NCBI GenBank assembly: GCA_013265495.1
Contig: MU058059.1
Location: 2,455,502-2,519,501 of the forward strand
DNA length: 64,000 nucleotides
Direction of reading: 5' to 3'
DNA from: Vicugna vicugna
Taxonomy: Eukaryota
In this document: positions 12,623-23,565 of the stretch, in pieces
Layout: each line of letters opens with the position of its first letter
Position numbering within the stretch: the stretch's first letter is position 1
The notes under the pieces: model-generated
Databases searched by the model: none
What the model was told of the DNA's origin: nothing
Seen by the model: the letters and a program-made list of their open reading frames with translations, nothing else
Translations under genes and position numbers: made by a program

Positions 12623-14454
12623 CTGTGTTGACAAGCTCCTCAGTTGGTCTCTGGATTGTTCAGAGGAAGAGCACCTTTTCCCGTGACCATGGCGACAGTC
12701 CAGACGGAACTGCTTCCTGAGAGCACAACAGGTAACGGAGGGAGACAGTGCAGGGAGAGCAGGTGACACCAGCAGCGCCACACACGTGTTCTTGGAAACC
12801 TTCCGACTAATTCCATAAAAACAGACACCCAAAATGGTGGGTCTGGTAAGAAAAATGGGACTGACTATTGCAGTCTATGCAGCTTTGCAGCCAGAGAACC
12901 AGCAGAAACAGGGACAGCCCAAATAAAAATTCTGGCATCATTAGCTGCTGCCTGGCTTAGAATCCCAGTGAGCCCATCGGCCCTCATCCCGAGGGCTCCC
13001 GCGTCCTCCTTCTCACTGGAGAAGGGCTGGGAGTCATTCCTTTCTGATGGAGACCTCTCTCTGCCAACTGAAGTGTATGGTCCAGGCTTGGCCGCCTTCA
13101 TCAGTCGGTGTCCCTTCCTTTCTGGACTCAGGAGGGGAGCGGAGCCTTCCCAGCTGCTGCTTCTGTTCTCACGGTTTCCCAGGCAGTTTAGCAGCATGGG
13201 AAGAGGAGCAGCTCTTGAAACCACTAAACTCTTTCATGCCAATTTTTATGCTAAGTGAAGGCACTTCTGCAGGGTTTTAGCTTTGTGTCAAGGCCATCCC
13301 ATAACCCTTTATTTGAGAGAAAGTATGCCCTTGATCACTCTAAACCTTTAATGTTCTGCAAAAAATTGCCCATGAACGGAAGGTACTCAAGGGTTATATA
13401 AATGCCATGCCCTTATTTGCTAATCCTATTAGCTAATCTGCAGTGCAGCAACGTGCCTTGTAACAAAACAGACTGTTTTCTGGCTTTAAAAGAGGGGAAG
13501 AAGGAGAAACTATAAAAATGAAGATCATTTGAGTTTTTGCAATTTAGGATGCCTGAATTTCACCTTGGCCTCGAGATAAAAATTTCTACCTATTTCAGAC
13601 AGCTTAAAAAGCTGACAGAGCATGTTGTGCTGGAGTGGAGTGTAATGGAGTACACAGTGGAGGACAGGCTGTGCAGCTAGGAAGATAGTGTGTTCAGGAA
13701 CCCCAGTGATTTCCTGAACAACGATGGTGGCAGTTACCCAGTGTATACCAACATATGACAAGAGATCCTTCATCCAAGCATCCAATCTAGACGTCACAGG
13801 ATGCGGGAAATGTACATCAGCCATCCTTTGATATCGCCATGTTTACCGCCTACAGTCGCCCCAGTGTAATCAACGGAAACACTGCAAGAAGTAATACTCT
13901 TGACAGTGCAGCCATACTCAAGGTTTTGGTGGCTCAGAGTTGGCCTCAAGGCCATGCGATGCCTCAGCCCCGGAAGGAGGAATATTCTGCATTGTATCTA
14001 TGTTGCAGATACCAGAGCCTCAGGTGACTGAATACAGAATAAATCCCCTTATGTTTTCCTAAGAGCAACAAAGTGCAGTTTTAAACTCATGTTACAAACA
14101 CCAACAGCCCTCTTTAAATTTGTGATGGGGTTGGTCAACCCTGTGTGTTTTGAAATTTTTTACATTTTGTATAAGAATGTAGCTAACCCACATCACTCCA
14201 GTGATAGTCTCCTGCCACATCCCTTTTCCTGCCCCCCAATTCTTCCCTAAATCTCATTTGCAGCTCTTCTTTATTACCGAAATATATGTTCCACCGATCA
14301 CCCTTCCCTTGTGGCTTGGCTTTCATATTTCCAGGTACATAACATTCATCTCTTGAAAAATTGCTCTATTTTCAAATAGCTCCTGTAATTTTCCCTCACT
14401 GGCGCGAAGGGGTTTGTTTTCTCCACATGTGCTCAAATGGCACACGAAGAAACA

Positions 14455-14690
14455 CGGAGTTACTGGAGTGTAACACGATGAGTAATGGGCTGGAAACTCA
14501 GAGCCTCAAAGTTCTGATTTCGCCTCTCTCTCATCCTAAACCTGGAAAAGGTGCTCTCTAATCTCTTTGTGACTCAGTCCCTATTCGTTAAATCACATTA
14601 ACACTAGCTCACCTCATAAAGGGCCTATGAGATAACAATTTTACAATACCGACCCCTGACCCACAGTCTATTCATTCATAAAGGATGTAT
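14455..14690 (+). mobile_element. MIR SINE (degenerate)
   Basis: gggctggaaactcaga...ctctaatctctttgtgactcagtccctattcgttaaa. Confidence 0.5.
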
Positions 14691-15563
14691 CTATATTCTT
14701 TTTTAAATTATTTAGTCCTCATAATAACTCTCTGGGAGAGGTAGTTTTCTCATTTTTCTGTCTAGGAAATCATAGTTCATCGGCAAGAGAAAAACTCCCC
14801 GCTCTTTCCGATATTCTGTATGTGTGTTTATAGACAAGTGTGGGTGTACGCTAAAATATATACACACAGACATGCATACACACACCTCCTTGAAAATTAT
14901 GATTCACAATATGGAAAGTTTTAAAAGGAATTCTCAGCTGAGGGTAATAGTCTCTCTGCTCAGTAGAAATCGTGAGTCCAACAACCCTGCATGGTATTTT
15001 TTTTCATCTTTATTCTCCAAGTTTAGTTGTAGTTCCTTCTCAGAATTTCAATACTTTTTTTCTCTCAGATAAAGAGGACTTGTGGTGACCTGTATTCCCT
15101 TTTATCTTCCAACATTTTGCTTTTGTCTTTCTTTATGTGATATAAACAATTCAGGTAAGTATTTTAGTTGCTGGTTCAGTTGATCTTAGACATGAGGAAG
15201 GTCCAAGTGCCACATGTGATGTTATGGTATCTGGAAAGCTTGACTCCATCAGCACTCGTGGGTGGGTTAATGCCCTTGGTGAAAAGGTGAGAAAAAAAAA
15301 AAAGAGCCCACAGAGACTGCTGAGAAGGTCTTGTCCTCCACTGGTGCAACCACTGGTCAGTAGACTCAGTCCTACCCCAGTCCCCACCATCGTGGAAACA
15401 CCCCCAGCAGGAGAATTCAGTGGTTACAGCAGTGGGGGAGGAGGGGGCAGCGGCGCTGACCTGCAAGAAGATCATGTTATATTGATGGCAACGAGCATGA
15501 TATGTCCAATAAGTTTTCTAAGATTCCACAAACCAGACCTTTCTCTAGATTATACAAGAATCT

Positions 15564-16021
15564 TGTTACTGAATCCAAACTCGTTCTGCTCGCACCGCAC
15601 AGCAGGCCAATAAACCAGAGACAAGGTGTTGGGGCAAGGAACAGCGACTTTATTCGGAAAGCCAGCAGATGGAGAAGATGGTAGACTTGTGTCCTAGAGA
15701 ATCATCTTGCCCGAATTAGAATTTAGTCTTCTTTTACACTGAAAGGGGAGGGAGTAGAGTCTTGGTTCTGATCAGCCTCTAGAGGGGATGTGTTCATTTC
15801 TTCCTGCCTGCAACCATTCTCAGGCAGGTCTGGTCAGGATGTTTCCTGTGAGCTAAACAAAGGTATTTTAGCTTAATGCTCGTTTGCCTGGGAGGCAGGG
15901 TTCCCAGAGATGGGCCATTATGTATAACTTAAGCTTATAGGCCAAACCCCTTTAGTGATTAACAGGCAAGAGAATACAAAGGCTAAAGTGAAAGAAGCGT
16001 ATCAAACGTAGAGTCAGGTTT
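15564..16021. mobile_element. ERV1-like solo LTR, one end truncated
   Basis: Starts TGTTACTG; contains gactttattcgg (AATAAA on the minus strand) and ggtcaggatgtttcctgtgagctaaacaaagg, typical of laurasiatherian ERV1 LTRs. Confidence 0.65.
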
Positions 16022-16064
16022 AGAGTCTTAGAGTGGCTGTGATTCCTCGGTGATGGTGCCATTA

Positions 16065-16262
16065 CAGAATAGCATTGTCCAGAGATGCTGGAAAAGTTAA
16101 ATATCTGTGTAGCCCAAAGTGGTAGCAAGTGGCCCCATGTGGTTACTGAGCACCTGAAATGTGGCTGGTGTGGCTGAGGACCTCAACTTCCGATATTCTG
16201 GAATTTTAGTTAATTACAAAAAACTGCATGTGGCTAGTGACCACCAGATCGATCCATGCAGA
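16065..16262. mobile_element. MER3-like hAT-Charlie DNA transposon
   Basis: catgtggttactgagcacctgaaatgtggctggtg...catgtggctagtg, the internal symmetry characteristic of MER3/MER33. Confidence 0.8.
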
Positions 16263-16504
16263 TCTGCAGACTATGCATATTCCCATCATCTGGGAGACTA
16301 ATTGCAGTGACATCAAAGGACTTTGCCACCCACTGGTCTTGAGCACACTTTGGGGATGAAAAAGGTGTGAAGAGATACAACTTTCAAAGCCACGGTAAGA
16401 GTGTGGAATTGCAGTGTCAACCCAAGGAAGTGATGGTGGCTTTTCAGAAATGAGCAGAAGGCAGTGTCTCGGGTTGTGACTGTCCTTTGATTTTCTCCTC
16501 ACAG

Positions 16505-16776
16505 GCTCTTTCATGTTGGTGAACACGTCCGGGAGGTCAGAGGGACAGAGAGCCCACCTGCTCTTACCTCAGCTCAAAGAGAATGACACCCACTGCATTG
16601 ATTTTCACTACTTTGTATCCAGCAAGAGTAATTCTGCTCCCGGGTTCCTCAATGTCTATGTGAAGGTCAACAGCGGGCCTCTGGGGAGCCCGATCTGGAA
16701 CGTATCTGGAGACCCGAACCGCACCTGGAACAGGGCTGAACTGGCCATCAGTACTTTCTGGCCCAACTTCTATCAG
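16505..16776 (+). CDS. PTPRM: PTPRM coding exon (exon 3 by homology), 272 bp, MAM domain; phase 1 to phase 0
   Basis: Acceptor ttttctcctcacag ends at 16504 and donor CAG|gtaagc starts at 16777. Translates (G)[90 protein letters not shown], the R2B-subfamily MAM domain, closest to PTPRM as I recall it. Confidence 0.97.
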
Positions 16777-17238
16777 GTAAGCCCTTTATTTTCAGTTCTG
16801 ACGCATCCTCTAACTTGTGAAACCATCCATTGTTTTTATATTGATATAAGCAGAGAATGTGCAAGAAGTGTTGGTATTTTTAGATCAATGGAAGGAAAGC
16901 TTAGGCTATGTGATCGGGAGTGTATGAAGGTTTTACAAAGCACCATTCACACTTGCTTCTGTGGATATTGACTTCAGAAAATAAAAGCAGCAGTCTGCAG
17001 CAGGGCAGGAAGTGCTAGCTGCAAGGACATTCTACTTTCTCTGTTAGTAGCCGTGTCTGGCCCAGGGAGACAGAGCCCCTGATGGCAGAAGCAGCAGCCC
17101 TTCTTCCAGAGCTGCATCTCAGGAGTCGTGGGTCATTAAGACGGGAGCCCGCGTGGGGGGCCGCTGGTGAGATGCAGGGCCCTGTTCCCACCCCGTAAGC
17201 AATGGGAAGAAAATGCCATATAGACCGAGTTCTTGTCG

Positions 17239-17381
17239 TGGGAGGGGATGCTCCTGGAAATGTTCTGCTGGGACTCACATTTCTCAGCTGGAGTGGGCAT
17301 TTAAAGTGACAGGAGGGTGGAGGCCAGGAGCAGTTAGGAAGTGGTGCAAAGCAGTCTTGGCGAGTGTCTGCTTGTATCACG
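17239..17381 (+). repeat. 143-bp direct repeat, copy 1 (partner at 18788-18930)
   Basis: Manual ungapped alignment gives about 123/143 identity. Confidence 0.92.
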
Positions 17382-17869
17382 AGAGCATCCTCACTCGCAG
17401 ACCACCTGGGGAACTTCGTGACGATGGCGTTCGTTGTTCTTTCTCCTTTATCCACGGCCTCTTTAAAAATAACTTCCTGTTGGGAGCACTTAATTAATTT
17501 CAGGCTGGGAGAACTGCTTATTTTGCTTTTGTTTTTCTTAATTCCTTTGGCTCACCCAGAAGCCAACGGGAACGTGTATCCAAGACCCCCTCTCATGGTT
17601 AATTGAGATGCTTGGGGAGACACAGTAGGGGAGACTGGGTCTTCTCAAGGGCTGCTGTTGTCTGAGTGGTGTGAGCGGCCCCCAGGAACCCACTCCACAG
17701 GCTCGGTTTATGTTAGGGAAGATGCATGAGTCCCACCAGCTGTTCTGTCCCTGGACTTCATAATGGCGCTAAGCGGGCTGCAGATTTCTTGCCGAATTTA
17801 TCTTTGTTCCCTTGTACCTGCAACAGTTTCTGGTATTTAAACATTTCTTCAGTGGAAATGAAGGGGTAG

Positions 17870-18272
17870 TGAAAGCTCTGTTAGTACACATGTAAATTGT
17901 TAAAATCCTTTTAGAGTGCACTTTGGCAATATATTTTAAAGGTGTTAAAAAATTTAGAGAGGTCTAATTTTAGCAAGCTGCTGTTAGAAATTCATCCTAA
18001 GGAAATAATGAAGAGTCGTTGCAAATAATTAGCGGCAAAGATATTCGTGGCCATGTATTTATAATAATGAAAAGTCAGAAACAGCATTGCATTTCTAAAC
18101 AATAGCGGATTAGTTAATGTATGCTACCTCAGTACAAAAATTCATTTTGCTACCATTAAGAATAACATTATGGAAGATCATTTTAATGATGTATCCAAGC
18201 TTAGGATATTAAGTGGAAAAAAACTGGTATAAAATAGTAAAGCAATATGTTAAATTCTATTTAAATTACATA

Positions 18273-18321
<49 letters not shown>

Positions 18322-18420
18322 GTAAATATATAAAACTAAACTACATGGTGAGATAAATATATTAAAAAGTGGTATCTCCCCAGCTAGTGACTTGAATTTT
18401 TCTTTCTGTCATCTGTCATA
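17870..18420 (+). mobile_element. Old L1 (L1ME-like) 3' fragment containing a (TG)n(TA)n microsatellite at about 18273-18321
   Basis: tgtaaattg...tttggcaatat...agaaattcatcctaaggaaataat...tatttataataatgaaaa. Confidence 0.65.
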
Positions 18421-18787
18421 GTCTAGTATTTCCCCAAGGTACGTATACTGTTTCTATTTATAAAACAAAAAAAAATAAAAGATATTTTTTTCTTCCAGAG
18501 GGAAAAGGCCCTATTTAATAAATATCCTTCTTTTTTATAAATGTATTGATAACCAGTCAGTGGTATAATTCAAAACTACGGCCTTTGGGACAAAGTTTCT
18601 TCTTTTGTAGGAGTAAATGAAACAGGGAGGTGGGTTTGGCTAAGCCAGGCTTCCAAAGGCTTTGTATGGTGGGCTCAGCTAAGAGGCTGAAATGTTTCTT
18701 AGAAAGTTCTTTTGGAGGAGACCTTCCCACAGGAGAGAAAGCCTGGCCAGTTCCCCTCTGGAACCTGCACCAGACACCCTCATGCCA

Positions 18788-18930
18788 TGGGAGGGGCTGC
18801 ACTTGGGGATGTTCTGCTGGGACCCGCATTTCCCAACTGGAGTGGGCATTTAAAGTGACGGAGGGGCGGGGGCCAGGAGCAGTTAGGAAGTGGTGCAAAG
18901 CAGTCCCGGCAAGTGCCTGCCTGCATCACG
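18788..18930 (+). repeat. 143-bp direct repeat, copy 2
   Basis: Shares ctggagtgggcatttaaagtgac and ggccaggagcagttaggaagtggtgcaaagcagtc exactly with copy 1. Confidence 0.92.
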
Positions 18931-19067
18931 GCCACTCCTGGATGAGATCAGAAGGTGTATACCAAGGGAGCTCTCCTGGGACCCTCCACAGCCGCCAGAG
19001 CCTGGTGCATTGGCTTCACTTTGATCCTGGCTATGACCCAAATCTTACATTTTTATTTTGCTTTTGT

Positions 19068-19452
19068 CTTTGTCAGCTCAAGCTGCTGTGACGAAACAGC
19101 AAAACAAAGCAAACAAACAAAAAACAGACTGGGTGGCTCACACAACAGACATTTTTTCTTAGCCCTGGAGGCTGGGAAGTCCCAGACCAAGGTGTCTGCA
19201 GAGTAACTGTTGAGGACTGAGTTTCCAGCTTGTAGAGGCCACCTGGTCTTTGTGTCCACATGGCCTCTCCACGTGTGTACATGGTCTCCCTTCTTCTTCT
19301 TACAGGGGTGCTAACCCTGTTATGGGGATCTACCTTCGTGACCTCATCTAACCCTCATTACCTCTCTGATGCTCCGTCTCCAAGTTCTGTCACCTTGGGG
19401 GTTAGAGTTTCAACATAGAAATGTGAAGGAGATAACATCCAGTCCAGATTAG
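19068..19452 (-). mobile_element. MLT1A-like MaLR LTR
   Basis: agactgggtggct...caacagacattt...ctggaggctgggaagtcc.aga.caaggtg...tgacctcatctaaccctcattacctc...gggggttagagtttcaacata. Confidence 0.85.
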
Positions 19453-19559
19453 CCTTTAACACACCTGGATGTGACAGTCAGAATTAAAGGAACGATTTAA
19501 TTTATCAACAATCTTAGGAGATCAGCCTTCAAAAAGGACTTATCGAACTTATCAGACTA

Positions 19560-20552
19560 CAGCGGGCCCTTGAATAACGTGGGGCTTAGGGATGCTGACC
19601 GCCCACACAGGTGAATGTCCCCCCTGTAACTTTTGACTCCCCCCAAAACTTTGCCACTGTTGACTGGGAGCCTCACTGATCACGTAAACAAAATACGATT
19701 CGCACGTATTTTGCATGTTATGTGTGCTATGTCCTGTGTTCTTTCAATGAAGTAAGCTAGACAGAAGAAAATGTCCCTAAGGAAGTCATCAGGAAGAGAA
19801 AGTACGCCTACAGCACCACGTTGTATTTATCACTATCTTGCGTTTACATCATCTGGTTACCAGTGCATTGTCTGTCAGTCCTTGCGTATTGTTTTATACG
19901 ATACAAAACACTGTAGATGCTGTATGGATTACTACCCCTTGACAACAATAATGGAAAGATAATGTGAAAAATAAATTCATATGTATTTACAGGTGTAACA
20001 GCTCATGCACTGATGATGAGGAAGCAGCAGTCTGATTGCTCTAGGGTCGCCTAGTGTAATGGGTGCTTCACCATAGCCAAGCCTCTGCATTCATGAATGG
20101 ATTGTTACAAAATGTTTATGGCATACAGTATTCTGTCCTATTCATAAGACAGTATTGGAAACATTGATATATTTAAAAACAATACACCTGTTGATGATAG
20201 CCTGCTGTTCAGCTTCTCCAGTTATTAGAGAGAGAGGCACGCTGTACAGTAATGAAATTCTTTGATGGCAAAGTTATAAAACAGTAAGGAAACAAACACA
20301 TTGTTAATTTGATATTTACTATCACTCACCATATGCCTGTCAGGATAGGCTAGTATCTACATATATTTTATGCATTCATGACATACCTCAATTTTTCTAA
20401 ATTATTTTCTATATTTCTCGGCTATGTGGTTCATCTGCAAGTTTTTTCGAGTTGTTGCAATCCTCCACAAATTTTACAATGTGTTTATTGAAAAAAATCC
20501 GCATATAAGTAGACACACAGGGTACAAACCTTTATTGTTCATGGGTCAACTG
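19560..20552. mobile_element. Tigger2-family (TcMar-Tigger) non-autonomous DNA transposon, about 1 kb
   Basis: TIRs cagcgggcccttgaataac and gttcatgggtcaactg (reverse complement cagttgacccatgaac), flanked by TA on both sides (19558-19559 and 20553-20554). Confidence 0.85.
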
Positions 20553-21885
20553 TATATTGAGAGTAAAGGGGTCCTGCCTATCAGACCATTGTTAGTTTCC
20601 ATGAGTTCTTGAGCTCTTTTGAATAAAATATTCTGCCTTCCCAGTTGTGAGCCTCTGACCCTAAACCCCCAGTTGCCCCACTTCCTACTGTGACCTCACC
20701 CTGTTCCTGAGCAGTGGGTGATTTACCGCATTCAGTTGGAACTTAATTCTTATTACAGCTTTTTGGTTCGCTGGGTGATTCACTCAGTGGCTTCATACTT
20801 GGGATTTAAAGGTGGATTTGTAGAGGTTCTTTAATCCAGTGTTGCCAAGTCCTTAAGAATCTGGTGATCAACGTTTGTTAAGCATTTGGATCCACTGAAA
20901 ATACATTTGTTCATTTAATTCCTAAGCAGTCTACGCAGGCCTCAGCCTTCAAAGTTTTAGAGGCATAGTTAAGGTGGTGCTTCTCTCTCATAGTCATTAC
21001 CCTAATAGTAACGTAAGCTGTTGGGTAAATGACGCTCTACAGAGGATGCAGGAGGGATGTCAGCGGGAAGGTTCCCACGTGTTGAGCGATGGACCTTAAA
21101 ATCATCATGTAGAATGTGAATGATGTTCCCAGTTAGGAGGAGAAGGCTGAATTGTTTTAACAGAGGTGAAGGGGAAGGGGAACACTTACCAAATTCTCTT
21201 TCCACTCCTGGTCTGAGATGTCAGCCTAACTGGAGATGATCAGAATTTTAAAAAAAGGCCAGAAAACTCAGCCATCTGTGTTCGGGCAGCACCGCCCTGA
21301 GCAGGGCCTCCCTGCTGCCCCCGTGGGGCACGCCCACCCTCACTGAGGAAGCGACTGTCGGATCCTGAGGTTCTTGAAAACCTGAGTCATGCACACACCA
21401 TCAGCTTGCTAGTCAGTTTCCCAGGTAGATTTCTGCTCGAGGAGTTTTGCACTAGCCTGCGGACCTGCTTCTGCTTTCTGTGACTGTGATGCTTCTAATT
21501 GCAGAATGTAAAAAAATGTTTTCCTGGCATCACATATGTGTGCATGTATGTGACATTTTCTTTTATGAATGTAGTCAGGAAAAGTCAGTACCCAAATGAT
21601 GCCTTCCTAGGATTCAGATAGGCTGTTTCTGGGACCAAAAGCTGAGGATGAAATAATAGGATGTGGACACCGAAAGGAAGTGATACCTCTGAGACCCTCT
21701 CTCAGCACACAGGGACTCGGCTTCCTCCCACGTCCCGTCGGTGCACAGGCCACAGGGTACATTGCAGAGACCTGGAGAGGTGCTGTGAGTGCATGTCTGC
21801 TTGGAATACTAGTGTGTCAGAGTACTTCCTCTTCCTATAGTACTTCGTTCCTGTAAGACGCTTCTCACACTTTTTAAAACAGGTT

Positions 21886-22052
21886 GGGAGGGAGGGTATA
21901 GCTCAGCGGTAGAGTGCACTTAGCATGTGCGAGGCTCTGGTCCCATCCCCAGTACCTCCACTGAAATAAAAATTAAATAAGTAAATAAACTTAATTACCT
22001 CCTCCCCCTGCCAGAAGAAAATCTTAAAGAAAATGAATTTTTAAAAAATAAA
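21886..22052 (+). mobile_element. tRNA-derived SINE (camelid Vic-1-like)
   Basis: ggagggtatagctcagcggtagagtgc...ccccagtacctcc, then AAATAAA repeats, taattacctcctcccc and an A-rich tail. Confidence 0.85.
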
Positions 22053-22124
22053 TGAAGTAGGTTTGATATAATGAATGAGGGTGGATGCATGGTCTTTTAA
22101 AGGAATTTCACACTGCGTACAATT

Positions 22125-22325
22125 GGCAGCATTACAGTGCAGTAAAGGAGCGTGTGCTTTGGGTCAGAAAGGACTGGACTTGAACATGAGCTCTGTTTTC
22201 TTGGGCACCTTAAACTTACTGACCCTCCCTAATTGTGGGATGAAATGTAAAGATAGTGCAGGGCGTGACGATGATGGAAAATCACATTTGGGACATTCCA
22301 GTCTCTCAGGAAATGGTGGTAGTTG
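22125..22325 (+). mobile_element. MIR SINE (degenerate)
   Basis: ggcagcattacagtgcagtaaaggagcgtgtgctttgggtcagaaaggactggacttgaa. Confidence 0.55.
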
Positions 22326-22642
22326 ATTGAGATTCAGATCTGTGGGGGGAAAAAAGGGAATTGGCTGATAGTTGAGTGCTTTCTCCTGCTAAGTCACCCC
22401 TCAGATGTGTCTGGCGGCATCGCCAAAGTTGTGCGGTGAAGAAGGGTACCGGGAACAAATCCTTCAGTGGAACGCTGAATGACACGGGATGAACCAAGGC
22501 CCTTTTCGCCAGAACCTTCTAACACATTAGCACTGGAGCTGCTGCCCTGCTGCCCTGGGCTCTGCCCGCCCCGTGGGAGCAGGTGCTCTGGTCGCACGAG
22601 CAGGAGCTGCCCCTTCCCCTCCCGCACTGGGAGCCTGCAATT

Positions 22643-22865
22643 AACACACACACACACTACTGTGTATACAATAGATAAAGTAGCAAGGACCTGCTGTACA
22701 GCACGAGGAACTGTATTCGATTTCTTATAATGAGCCTAATGGAAAAGAAACGGGAAAAAATTATACATATGTACATATATGTATAAATGAATTGCTTTGC
22801 TATATACCTGAAACTAACACTGTAAATCGACTGTGCTTCAATAAAAAATAAGAATAAAAAAAAAA
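22643..22865 (+). mobile_element. LINE-1 3' end with poly(A)
   Basis: caaggacctgctgtacagcac...atacctgaaactaacactgtaaatcgactgtgcttcaataaaaa. Confidence 0.85.
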
Positions 22866-23221
22866 GGAAGAATAGTTATTCCCAGGGCCAATTTATGACT
22901 GTTGTGGGCCCCAGGCACTTTCATCCATTAAATACATTTAAAATTACAAAAAAAAAAAAAAGAATGTCCATTTCTCACTGCATTTTGGCTGCAGAATACT
23001 GAGCCGTTTCTCATCTGAGTCGGAATCTGAATCTTGAAGCTGTTGGCTTTGGGGAGGTTTTCAGTACAACTGAACACAGCTGCCCCGTGTGCTTTGTTGG
23101 TAAACATAGCAGGTTCTCCTGGCATCTCTTGTTTTCATAACCTTTCTCCTTACAGTATTTTTATTAGCATTTGTGGAGTTTCAAAACATTTCTTTTTGTT
23201 TGTTTGTTTTTATTACTTTTA

Positions 23222-23327
23222 CTTTTTTGTTGAAGTTGATTTCATTTGTAGTCGATTTACAATGCTGTGTTAATTTCTGGTGTACAGCACAGTGATTCAG
23301 TTATATATATATATATATGTGTGTGTG

Positions 23328-23359
<32 letters not shown>

Positions 23360-23565
23360 CTCCTTTTCATATTCTTTTTCATTATAGTCTATTACAAAGT
23401 ATTGAACAGAGTTCCCTGTGCTGCACAGCAGGACCTTGTTGTTCATCTGTTTTATATGTAGTGGTTAGTGTCTGCAAATCCCTAACTCCCAGTTTATCCC
23501 TGCCCACCCGTTTCTCCCCCTGGTGACCATACCTTTGTTTTCTGTCTCTGTGAGTCTGTCTCTTC
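23222..23565 (-). mobile_element. LINE-1 3' end with an internal (TA)n/(TG)n tract
   Basis: ttgaag...gtcgatttacaatgctgtgttaatttctggtgtacagcacagtgattcag...gttccctgtgctgcacagcaggaccttgtt. Confidence 0.88.

Noticed and set aside
16513..16971. 152-aa ORF as a standalone gene (similarly 40999-41271 and 60006-60320)
   Set aside because: These are PTPRM exons read through into intron; homology stops exactly at the splice sites.
17213..19091. Two similar ORF peptides (ISQLEWAFKVT...AVRKWCKAV) suggesting a duplicated coding exon
   Set aside because: The similarity follows from the DNA duplication. No convincing flanking splice sites, no known domain, and many substitutions are non-synonymous.
19560..20552. 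Possible transposase gene inside the Tigger2-like element
   Set aside because: About 1 kb internally deleted element with no long ORF.
21886..21960. tRNA-Ala-like sequences (also at 43502, 58740, 62456 and 62775)
   Set aside because: Each is degenerate, carries the same AT-rich tail, and some have TSDs. They are SINE copies, not tRNA genes.
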